Under the pieces are notes generated by a model. The model saw only the letters and a list, made by a program, of their open reading frames with translations, was not told the origin of the DNA and ran no database searches. The position numbers and the translations under genes are program-made. A stretch of DNA of 52,155 nucleotides from Acidobacteriota bacterium (GTDB lineage: Bacteria; Acidobacteriota; Vicinamibacteria; Vicinamibacterales; UBA2999): positions 1 to 52,155 of the forward strand of contig JANMUX010000043.1 in assembly GCA_031392125.1 (NCBI GenBank), written 5' to 3'. Numbering within the stretch: position 1 is the stretch's first letter; every line of letters begins with the position of its first letter. Below, one piece after another: positions 25,859-33,757 of this stretch.

Positions 25859-27628
25859 GTGATTCGCGACCTGCGCACCGTGTTGGGCTGGCTCGCGCCC
25901 CGCGACCGATGGCGGTGGCTGATGCTCGGGCCGCTGGTCACGGTCGGCGCGCTGATCGAGGCCGTTGGCGCGCTGGCCACCTTCGGGCTGCTTCGCCTGG
26001 TCGTCGAACCGGAACAGGTGCGCACGCTGCCGGTGGTGTCACAGATCTGGCGCGCCTGGCCCACCGACGACCCGCGGGCGGTCGTCGCCACGCTCGCACT
26101 TTCCGTCGGCGTGTTTTACCTGGGCCGCGCGCTCTTCCTGTCCTGGGTGGAGTGGGTCCGGCAGGGCATCATCTTCACCTCGTCGTCTGGCGCGGCTGAA
26201 CGGCTGCTGGCGCGGTATCTCGCCGCCGACTACCTGTTCCACGTGAAGCGGAACTCGGCCTCGCTGATTCAGCCGATGACGCGTGCCTCTGACATCGCGT
26301 ACGAGCTGGTTGCGGGTTCGGCGGTCAACATTCTCGCCGAGGCGGTGACGATCGCGGCGCTGGCGTTGGTGCTGCTGTCGTCGGCACCGCCGATCACCCT
26401 CGTCGCGGTGGCAATCGTGCTCGCGGTGGTGCTCGGACCGATCGTCCTGACTCGCCGCGCATGGGAACGGATCGGCGAGACCGAGCGCGCGCTGTTGCAG
26501 CAACAACTCCACGTGCTGCAGCAAAGCCTGGGCGCGATCAAGGATGTCAGGATCTCCGGCCGCCAGCCGTTCTTCGAGGAGCAGTTTCGCGACGTCAAGC
26601 GCAACCTGACGCGCGTGAAACAGCGACGATCGTGGGCCGCGAGCGCTGCCAGGCACGGGGTCGAGACGACCCTCGTCCTGAGCATGTTGCTGGTCGTCTT
26701 TCTCGTCATGCGCGAGGGCGCCTCGAGCAGCGACACTGTCTCGATTCTCGCGCTGTTTGCCTACACCGGCTTTCGGGTCATCCCGTCGGTCAATCGCATC
26801 ATGATGAACGCCGGCTACCTCCGCGAAGCCCACCCATGGGTCGCGAACATGGACGACGACATGCGAGCGCTGAAGGCGCCGTCACCCCGGTCGTTCACGC
26901 CAGAGCCGCCGATGTTGGTCGACTCGCTTGCCTGCGAGGACGTGTCGTTCCGATACGACGACGGCCAGCTCGCGCTTGAGCACGTCTCGCTGACCATCCG
27001 CCGCGGTCAGTCGGTCGGCATAGTCGGCGCCACCGGCGCGGGCAAGACGACGCTCGTTGATGTGCTGCTCGGTCTGCTGACACCCGCGTCCGGACGAGTG
27101 CTGATTGACGGCCAGCCGCTCGAGGGCCGTGAGCGCGCGTGGCAGCGGCAAATTGGCTACGTTCCGCAGGACGTCTACCTGCTGGACGATTCGCTCAGGC
27201 GCAACATCGCATTCGGCATCCCTGACGGCGCGATCGATGAGGCCCGCCTCGCCGCCGCCACTGCATTGGCGCGGCTCGACGGAGTGATCGCCGGATTGCC
27301 TCAGAAGCTCGAGACCGTCGTCGGTGAAGGCGGCGTGCGGCTGTCGGGCGGTCAGCGTCAGCGCGTCGCAATTGCGCGCGCGCTTTACCACGACCCGCCA
27401 GTACTGTTCTTTGACGAGGCGACCGCCGCACTCGACAGTCAGACCGAGCGGGAAGTCACCGAGGCGATTGCCGCCGTCCACGGCACGCGCACAGTGATTG
27501 CAATCGCCCATCGTTTGACGACCGTCAAGGCGTGCGATCAGCTGATCTATCTGAAGGACGGCCGGGTTGCCGGAGCTGGTACATACCAGGAGCTGCTGCA
27601 CGATCCTGGTTTCCGTCAGTTGACGTGA
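25859..27628 (+). CDS. ABC exporter, fused permease/ATPase (MsbA/PglK-like type I exporter)
   Basis: N-terminal 6-TM domain. Walker A 'GATGAGKTT', signature 'LSGGQRQRVAIARAL', Walker B 'VLFFDEATAALD', H-loop 'IAHRL'. GTG start at 25859. Confidence 0.85.
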   Translation: MIRDLRTVLGWLAPRDRWRWLMLGPLVTVGALIEAVGALATFGLLRLVVEPEQVRTLPVVSQIWRAWPTDDPRAVVATLALSVGVFYLGRALFLSWVEWVRQGIIFTSSSGAAERLLARYLAADYLFHVKRNSASLIQPMTRASDIAYELVAGSAVNILAEAVTIAALALVLLSSAPPITLVAVAIVLAVVLGPIVLTRRAWERIGETERALLQQQLHVLQQSLGAIKDVRISGRQPFFEEQFRDVKRNLTRVKQRRSWAASAARHGVETTLVLSMLLVVFLVMREGASSSDTVSILALFAYTGFRVIPSVNRIMMNAGYLREAHPWVANMDDDMRALKAPSPRSFTPEPPMLVDSLACEDVSFRYDDGQLALEHVSLTIRRGQSVGIVGATGAGKTTLVDVLLGLLTPASGRVLIDGQPLEGRERAWQRQIGYVPQDVYLLDDSLRRNIAFGIPDGAIDEARLAAATALARLDGVIAGLPQKLETVVGEGGVRLSGGQRQRVAIARALYHDPPVLFFDEATAALDSQTEREVTEAIAAVHGTRTVIAIAHRLTTVKACDQLIYLKDGRVAGAGTYQELLHDPGFRQLT

Positions 27629-27643
27629 GGTGAAGTCTGCAGG

Positions 27644-28066
27644 CTAGTTGCGGAAGGCGCTCACAATCTCGCGGACCTCGCGCACGAAGCGGTCGGTCGA
27701 AAACATCTCGGCCCGCGCCGCGAGCGAGGTGCGAAGTCGCTGTTGCGCCGCCGGGTCAGCCAGCACCGCGGTAATCCTGGCCGCGCCGTCTTCTTCGGCG
27801 TCGTACATCAGCGCCGGCTCTTGGCCGACAATTTCCACTTGGCCGCCGCCCTTTGGCACCCACACGATGATGCCGGCACGCGCCATCTCGGCGGGCGCCA
27901 TGCCGAAATGCTCTTCACGCATGCCGTGAATGCCGTACCGGTGGGTGCCCATCAACTCGCGCAACTCTTGGCGGCTTACGTCCTGGCGGAACTGAATCCA
28001 TGCGCCGAGCGATCGTGCCTCGGCCTGCAGGCTCTCAAAGTAGCGCCGCGAGGCCGTTGCTGCCAC
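27644..28066 (-). pseudogene. C-terminal fragment of a GT4 glycosyltransferase (ALG11-like)
   Basis: 140-aa ORF 'YGIHGMREEHFGMAPAEMARAGIIVWVPKGGGQVEIVG' carries the GT4 EX7E region and resembles my recollection of Alg11 ('...MWNEHFGIAVVE.MASGLIPIVH..GPLLDIV'). There is no room for the N-terminal Rossmann half: only 39 bp separate it from the upstream gene's stop. Confidence 0.5.
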
Positions 28067-28105
28067 CTGGCGGCTGCAAGGATGGCTGCACCAGCAAGAC
28101 CCGTT

Positions 28106-29092
28106 TCATGGCGTTTGTGCCGTGAAGAATGCCAGCAGCGACAAGATGGCGGTGACGACGTAGAGGATCAGCACCGTGCGCCGCGGGGACCAGCCGAGCG
28201 CCAGCAGGCGATGATGGATGTGCTGCCGATCCGGTTCAACCAGATGCCGGACAGCTGCCGGAATCGACGCCGGTCGAGCGGTCGGCCGCGCCAGGCCTCG
28301 CCGGACAATCGTGGTGACGACGTCGGCAATCGGCAGCGCGAAAATCATCAACGGGACGGCTGTGGCGAGCGCGGTCGCGCCTTTCTGCCAGCCGGCAATC
28401 GCGGTGGTGGCCAGCAGGAACCCGATCATCAAGCTGCCGCTGTCGCCCAGAAAGATCGAGGCCGGCGCGAAGTTGAACACCAGGAAACCAACCGACGCGC
28501 CGACCAGTGCCGTAAGCAACATTGCCTCGGCCGGATGTCCGCGGACCACGAGAATGGCGGCGCAGGTGGTGCCGGCGAGTACGGCGATTCCGGCTGCCAG
28601 GCCATCGATGCCATCGATCAAGTTGAAGGCGTTGGTGAGGCCGACGATCCATCCGGCCGTGATCGGCCAGGCCAGCCAGCCAGGCTCCCACGACACGCCG
28701 AACAGGGTCACGCGCTCAATCAGCAGCCCCGACAGCATCATCACCGTCGCGGCGGCAAACTGCGCGGCCAGCTTCGGCACGGGCCCCACGCCGCGCAGAT
28801 CGTCGAGCAGGCCAATACCGAAAATCAGCGCGCCTGCGGTCGCAAACGGCGACAAGGCGGGCCAGATTGCAGGGGCGAAATCCTCCGGGCCCAGCCAGCG
28901 GACGAGTATCATCGCCAGAATCGTGGCGGCGACGACTGCCACGCCCCCCAACCGCGGCACCGATTGGGCGTGAACCTTCCGGCCTCCAGGGGCGTCGACC
29001 AGTCCGAGCCAGTTCGAGCCTCGCGAGACCAGCGGGGTCATGACCAGGGCAAGAGCCGCACCACAGAAGGCAAGCAGCAGGTAGACCGTCAA
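28106..29092 (-). CDS. polyprenyl-phosphate GlcNAc-1-phosphate transferase family protein (WecA/MraY/ALG7 superfamily)
   Basis: 'LVDAPGGRKVH', 'NAFNLIDGIDGLAAG' and about 10 TM segments. TTG start at 29092 (revcomp of 29090-29092). Confidence 0.8.
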   Translation of the reverse strand: MTVYLLLAFCGAALALVMTPLVSRGSNWLGLVDAPGGRKVHAQSVPRLGGVAVVAATILAMILVRWLGPEDFAPAIWPALSPFATAGALIFGIGLLDDLRGVGPVPKLAAQFAAATVMMLSGLLIERVTLFGVSWEPGWLAWPITAGWIVGLTNAFNLIDGIDGLAAGIAVLAGTTCAAILVVRGHPAEAMLLTALVGASVGFLVFNFAPASIFLGDSGSLMIGFLLATTAIAGWQKGATALATAVPLMIFALPIADVVTTIVRRGLARPTARPASIPAAVRHLVEPDRQHIHHRLLALGWSPRRTVLILYVVTAILSLLAFFTAQTP

Positions 29093-30318
29093 TGCGAACC
29101 GTCGTCATCGTACTCGGAGATCTTGGCCGTAGCCCGCGGATGCAGTATCACGCCGCCTCGCTGGCCGATGCCGGGCACGACGTGGATCTGGTGGGACTTG
29201 AAGGCGCGCCCCCCGTGCCAGCAGTGGCGAACCACCCTCGCATAACCTGTCATCGGCTGTCCGACCGCGCTTTCCAGGGTCGCGCCACCGGCGGCATCAA
29301 GCGATTTGTTGCGGGCTCGCTCCTGCGCGTGCTCGGCCAGGCCCGCCAACTGTTGCTGACGCTGATGCGGCTGCCGAAGGCAGATGTCATCCTCGTTCAG
29401 AATCCGCCCTCGATTCCCGCGTTGGCGGTGGCGTGGCTGGTAACGAGGCTTCGCGGCGGCCGGTTCGTGATCGACTGGCACAACTTGTCGCACACCGTGG
29501 TGGCGATTCGGCTTGGCGAGTCACATCGCGCCGTGAGGGCCGTGGCACGGAGCGAGCGCCGGTGGGCCCGGCGCGCCGATGGGCATCTCGCGGTCTCGAA
29601 GGCGCTTGCGGCTTGGTTGGCGGGCAATTACGGCATCACCACGTCGGTCGTTTACGACCGGCCGCCCTCTCTGTTCACCACCACGGCTCCCTCCTCGGCG
29701 GTCACGCTGTGGAATAAGCTCGCAACCGAAGCATCCCTCGGCGCAGCGCGACTGCCGCTGGTCGTCTGTCCAACCAGTTGGACGCCGGATGAAGATTTCG
29801 ATCTCTTGCTCGAGGCGCTTGAACGCGCCGAGCGCCTGCTCGCGCGCACCGCCGTGGCGCCTTGTCTTGCTGTCGTACTCACCGGTCGCGGCCTTCTTCG
29901 CGCAGGCTTCGAAGCGCGGGCCGCGCGACGTTCGTTCAAGGCGATTGCCCTGCGAACCCACTGGCTCGAGCCAGCCGACTATCCGGTGCTGATCGGCATG
30001 GCCGACCTGGGTCTCTGCCTGCACCAGTCGTCGTCCGGTCTCGACTTGCCGATGAAGGTTGCCGACTTCCGAGGTGCCGGCGTTCCGGTCGCTGCCTTTG
30101 ACTACGCGCCAGTCCTGGGTGAAGTGCTGACCGACAGCCACGAGGGCATCAAGTTTCGCGATCCAGGAGATCTCGCGGGCATATTGGTGTCGGTGGCGTC
30201 GGGGTCGATTGAGCCTGGCTCGACGCTTGGCAAATCGAAGACGTGGTTGCGCGAGCATCCCGCCGAACGATGGGACGAGCAGTGGCAGCACGCCGCCCGG
30301 CAGGTGCTGCTCGGGTAG
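29092..30318 (+). CDS. ALG1-like beta-1,4-mannosyltransferase (GT33 family)
   Basis: Blocks 'VIVLGDLGRSPRMQYHA', 'ILVQNPPSIP', 'VIDWHNL', 'VVYDRPPSLF', 'PTSWTPDEDFDLLLEAL', 'LHQSSSGLDLPMKVADF' and 'PVLGEVLTDSHEGIKF' line up block-for-block with yeast Alg1 as I recall it ('FVLGDVGHSPRICYHA', 'ILVQNPPSIP', 'IIDWHNL', 'VLYDRPASQF', 'STSFTPDEDIGILLGAL', 'LHTSSSGLDLPMKILDM', 'PVLDELVQHNVNGLKF'). Confidence 0.8.
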   Translation: MRTVVIVLGDLGRSPRMQYHAASLADAGHDVDLVGLEGAPPVPAVANHPRITCHRLSDRAFQGRATGGIKRFVAGSLLRVLGQARQLLLTLMRLPKADVILVQNPPSIPALAVAWLVTRLRGGRFVIDWHNLSHTVVAIRLGESHRAVRAVARSERRWARRADGHLAVSKALAAWLAGNYGITTSVVYDRPPSLFTTTAPSSAVTLWNKLATEASLGAARLPLVVCPTSWTPDEDFDLLLEALERAERLLARTAVAPCLAVVLTGRGLLRAGFEARAARRSFKAIALRTHWLEPADYPVLIGMADLGLCLHQSSSGLDLPMKVADFRGAGVPVAAFDYAPVLGEVLTDSHEGIKFRDPGDLAGILVSVASGSIEPGSTLGKSKTWLREHPAERWDEQWQHAARQVLLG

Positions 30319-30338
30319 TCCTGTAAGATGTTGCGCGA

Positions 30339-31952
30339 ATGCGCCCCATCACAGAGATTGCCACCCGCCTTGGTTTGACCGACGACTTGCTCGAACCCTA
30401 CGGCCGCGCCATTGCCAAGATTCGCCTCGAAGTGCTCGAGCGTTTTCCGGTGCGCAAGGGCAAGATGATCCTGGTCACCGCCATGACGCCGACCACGAGC
30501 GGCGAGGGCAAGACGGTGAACACCATCGGCATCACCCAAGGGCTCGTCAAGCTGGGACACAACGCGGTGGCCGCGCTGCGCGAGCCGTCGCTCGGACCAG
30601 TGTTCGGGATGAAGGGCGGCGCCACCGGCGGAGGCAAGGCGTCACTCGAGCCGATTGACAAGATCAATCTGCACTTCACCGGCGACTTCCACGCCATCAC
30701 CGCGGCCCACAACCTGCTTGCGGCGCTGCTCGATACGCACCTGCACTTCGGCAACGACCTGCGGATCAATCCACAGGAGATCTTGTGGCCGCGCTGCATG
30801 GACATGAACGACCGGGCATTGCGGCGCATCGCCACGGGGCTGGGCGGGCGCGAGAGCGGCCCGGCGCGCGAGACCGGGTTCGTGATCACGGCCGCGTCCG
30901 AGATCATGGCGATTCTCGCGTTGTCCGACAGCCGCGCCGATCTCCGCCGTCGCCTGTCGCGCATCGTCGTCGGCTTCAACTACGACGGCGCCCCGGTGAC
31001 CGCAGCGGACCTCAAGGCCGTTGGTCCGATGATGGTGTTGCTGAACGAGGCGGTGCTGCCAAACCTCGTGCAGACCACTGAAGGAGCGCCGGCCATCGTG
31101 CATTGTGGGCCGTTTGCCAACATTGCGCACGGCACCAGCAGCGTGCTGGCGCAGCGCATGGGTCTGCATCTCGCGGACTACGTCGTCAACGAAACTGGCT
31201 TCGCTGCCGACCTTGGCGCCGAAAAATTCTTCGACCTGGTGATGCCGATGTGCGGTCACGTGCCGGCGGCGGCAGCCGTGATCGTTACGCTCAAAGCGCT
31301 GCGGGCACAGGGCGGCGCCGCCGATGGCCCGGTGGCGGCCGGCTTTCCGAACTTGCTGCGTCACCTCGAGAACTTGAAGCGATGGGGGGTGCCCGCCGTG
31401 ATCGCGCTCAACCGCTTCCCGGCTGACACCACGGCCGATCTCGATGAAGTAATGAGCTATTGCCGATCGATTGGCGCCGACGTGGCACTGGCTGACGGCT
31501 ATACCAAGGGCGGCGACGGCATGATTGAGCTGGCTGGTAAGCTCGTGACCGCGGCGGCCGGGTCCGATCCGGCGGCCGTCCTGCCGACCTACACGGCCGA
31601 CCAGCCGCTCGAAGAAAAAATCAAGGTCGTGGCGACCAAGGTCTACGGCGCGGCAGGCGTGTCTTTCAAGCCCGCGGCGAAGTCGCGTCTCGCGAAGCTC
31701 GAGACCCTCGGCTATGGCGCGTTACCCGTGTGCATAGCCAAGACTCAGTACTCGTTCACCGACGACCCAAAGCAAATGGGCGCGCCATCGGGATGGACGC
31801 TGACCGTGAATGAGGTGTCGCTGTCTGCCGGCGCGGGTTTCGTCGTGGCGATTGCCGGCAGCATGATGCTGATGCCCGGTCTCGGCAAAGTGCCGCAAGC
31901 CCAGAAGCTGGACGTAGACGAGCACGGAGCAGTCATCGGCATGGATTATTGA
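30339..31952 (+). CDS. fhs: formate--tetrahydrofolate ligase
   Basis: 'LVTAMTPTTSGEGKTVNTIGITQGL' P-loop region, 'EPSLGPVFGMKGGATGGG', 'PVCIAKTQYSFTDDP'. Length is 537 aa. Confidence 0.9.
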   Translation: MRPITEIATRLGLTDDLLEPYGRAIAKIRLEVLERFPVRKGKMILVTAMTPTTSGEGKTVNTIGITQGLVKLGHNAVAALREPSLGPVFGMKGGATGGGKASLEPIDKINLHFTGDFHAITAAHNLLAALLDTHLHFGNDLRINPQEILWPRCMDMNDRALRRIATGLGGRESGPARETGFVITAASEIMAILALSDSRADLRRRLSRIVVGFNYDGAPVTAADLKAVGPMMVLLNEAVLPNLVQTTEGAPAIVHCGPFANIAHGTSSVLAQRMGLHLADYVVNETGFAADLGAEKFFDLVMPMCGHVPAAAAVIVTLKALRAQGGAADGPVAAGFPNLLRHLENLKRWGVPAVIALNRFPADTTADLDEVMSYCRSIGADVALADGYTKGGDGMIELAGKLVTAAAGSDPAAVLPTYTADQPLEEKIKVVATKVYGAAGVSFKPAAKSRLAKLETLGYGALPVCIAKTQYSFTDDPKQMGAPSGWTLTVNEVSLSAGAGFVVAIAGSMMLMPGLGKVPQAQKLDVDEHGAVIGMDY

Positions 31953-31997
31953 CTCTGCCGGAGGTCGGGAGGTGGAAACGGGATTCGGAAGATCGTT

Positions 31998-32024
31998 TGT
32001 CGATTCCGAGGCGCCCCGTTCGTC
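31998..32024 (+). promoter_or_regulatory. candidate ECF-type promoter (TGTCGA-N17-CGTC) upstream of the DGPF/ECF-sigma pair
   Basis: TGTCGA at 31998-32003 and CGTC at 32021-32024 with a 17-nt spacer, about 70 nt upstream of the DGPF gene start. It matches my recollection of the ECF41/42-type motif (TGTC(A/G)..-N16-17-CGTC). That recollection is unverified. Confidence 0.35.
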
Positions 32025-32054
32025 ATCTGGGTGAACGCCGAGAGTGAGCGGATT

Positions 32055-32078
32055 CGACTCCCGACTCCCGACTCCCGA
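32055..32078 (+). repeat. 7-bp tandem repeat (CGACTCC)x3 + CGA in a 5' leader
   Basis: Units at 32055, 32062 and 32069, directly upstream of the AAGGA Shine-Dalgarno and the ATG at 32092. Confidence 0.9.
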
Positions 32079-32091
32079 AAGGATCATTGAG

Positions 32092-32439
32092 ATGCCCAAG
32101 TTCATCATGTTGTTACACGACTCCGGGACTTTCCCGCCCGACCTCAGCCCCGATCAGATCCAGGCCATCATCGAGCGCTACGTAGCGTGGAAGGATAGAG
32201 TCGAGGCCAACGGCCGCAAGATGGAAGGTCATAAGCTCGCTGACGGCGAAGGCCGCGTGATGCGCGGCGCCGTGGGAACGCCCAAGGTCACCGACGGTCC
32301 CTACGCCGAAGCCCGCGAAGTGATTGGCGGCCTGTTCATCGTTGATGCCGCCAATTACGAGGAGGTGGTCGAGCTCAGCAAAGATTGCCCCCACCTCGAC
32401 TTCGGCACCATCGAAATCCGCGAGGTCCAGCCCACCTAG
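32092..32439 (+). CDS. YCII-related/DGPF-domain protein
   Basis: 'MPKFIMLLH...AWKDRVEANGRKMEGHKLADGEGRV...VTDGPYAEAREVIGGLFIVDAANYEEVVELSKDCP' with the hallmark DGP(Y/F) motif. AAGGA RBS 6-10 nt upstream of the ATG at 32092. Confidence 0.8.
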   Translation: MPKFIMLLHDSGTFPPDLSPDQIQAIIERYVAWKDRVEANGRKMEGHKLADGEGRVMRGAVGTPKVTDGPYAEAREVIGGLFIVDAANYEEVVELSKDCPHLDFGTIEIREVQPT

Positions 32440-32483
32440 GGGCCTGGCACGGTTACATCGTGTTTGCTGCAGTTTTTGCCACC

Positions 32484-33746
32484 GTGGGCCAAGACTCGAT
32501 CGAACTTGTTGAGCATCTGTTCCGCCGCCAGGCGGGACAGATGGTCGCGAGGCTGACCCGGGCACTCGGTTCGCGTCACCTCGCGGTGGCCGAAGATGCC
32601 GTGCAGGACGCTCTCATCACGGCGCTTCAACAGTGGCCGTTCAGGGGCGTTCCCGATCAGCCTGAAGCCTGGTTGTATCTGGTCGCAAGGAACCGGGCGC
32701 TAGACCGCTTGCGGCACTCGAAGATGGCGGCGGCGAAAGAGCCGGCGATCGCCCACGAAGGCGCCGCCTTTCAACGTCCCGAGACCGAGGCACTGCTGCG
32801 AGACGAGCTGCCGCCCATGTACGATGACCAGCTCGGGCTACTGTTCCTTGCCTGCCATCCCGCGGTCGCTGCCGATGCCCGAGTCGCCCTGGCCCTGAAG
32901 CTGGTTGGGGGCTTCAGCGTGGGAGAGATCGCGCGCGCATTCCTGTCGCAGGAAAGCACCATCGCCCAGCGGTTGGTGCGCGCCAAACGGACCCTGCGCG
33001 AGCGGGACGTCCACTTCGGCATGCCCGCGTTTTCGGAACTGGGGCCGCGGCTCGACTCCGTCCTCGATTCGCTCTATCTGATGTTCAACGAAGGCTATGC
33101 GGCCACGTCAGGCGAGTCCCTGGTCCGAGATGATGTCGCGGGCGAGGCGATTCGGCTGACGTCGCTCGTGGCGGCGCACCCGGCGACCGATTCGCCCAAG
33201 GCATGGGCGCTGCTCAGTTTGATGTTGCTGCACGCCGCGCGCTTTCCCGCCCGCGTGGACTCGAGCGGCACCTTGTTCCTGCTTCGCGATCAGGACCGAG
33301 CGACCTGGGATCGACACGCGATTGCGGCCGGCCTGCATGCCCTCGACCGCGCCTCGACCGGTGACCGCCTGAGCGCGTTTCACGTCGAGGCGGGAATTGC
33401 CGCCTGCCACGCCGTCGCGCCATCGTGGGACGACACCGATTGGCCGCAGATCGTGGAGTTGTATGACGAGCTGCTGGCGCTCACCGCATCGCCAGTGGTG
33501 GCACTGAATCGGGCCATTGCCTTGTCTCGAGTCGAGGGACCGGTCGCTGGATTGGCCGCGCTCGACGGCATGGTCGGCCGCGGTGCCCTGGCCCGTTATC
33601 CACTGTTGCCCGCGGTGCAGGCAGAGTTCTGGCGCGAATCGGGTGACCTGGCGCAGGCGGCCGCTTGCTACCGCGAAGCCCTCACCCTGGCCCGGTCAGA
33701 CCCGGAGCAACGCTGGTTGAAATCCCGGCTGGCGCATCTCGTATAA
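32484..33746 (+). CDS. ECF sigma factor with long C-terminal extension (ECF42/SigJ-like)
   Basis: Region 2 'AEDAVQDALITALQQW...PEAWLYLVARNRALDRLR', region 4 'VGGFSVGEIARAFLSQESTIAQRLVRAKRTLRE', then a ~230-aa helical extension. GTG at 32484 is chosen as the first start after the DGPF stop, so the start is uncertain. Confidence 0.75.
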   Translation: MGQDSIELVEHLFRRQAGQMVARLTRALGSRHLAVAEDAVQDALITALQQWPFRGVPDQPEAWLYLVARNRALDRLRHSKMAAAKEPAIAHEGAAFQRPETEALLRDELPPMYDDQLGLLFLACHPAVAADARVALALKLVGGFSVGEIARAFLSQESTIAQRLVRAKRTLRERDVHFGMPAFSELGPRLDSVLDSLYLMFNEGYAATSGESLVRDDVAGEAIRLTSLVAAHPATDSPKAWALLSLMLLHAARFPARVDSSGTLFLLRDQDRATWDRHAIAAGLHALDRASTGDRLSAFHVEAGIAACHAVAPSWDDTDWPQIVELYDELLALTASPVVALNRAIALSRVEGPVAGLAALDGMVGRGALARYPLLPAVQAEFWRESGDLAQAAACYREALTLARSDPEQRWLKSRLAHLV

Positions 33747-33757
33747 TCGTCCGACCC

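Noticed and set aside
27743-29245. 500-aa plus-strand ORF across the GT fragment and the WecA-like gene
   Set aside because: Extremely Arg/Gln/Gly-rich shadow ORF. The opposite strand encodes a transferase with canonical motifs.
32047-32078. tRNA T-arm-like sequence GCGGATTCGACTCCCG
   Set aside because: It only resembles a T-loop (TTCGA). No complementary T-stem, acceptor stem or anticodon arm can be drawn. The similarity arises from the CGACTCC heptamer repeat.
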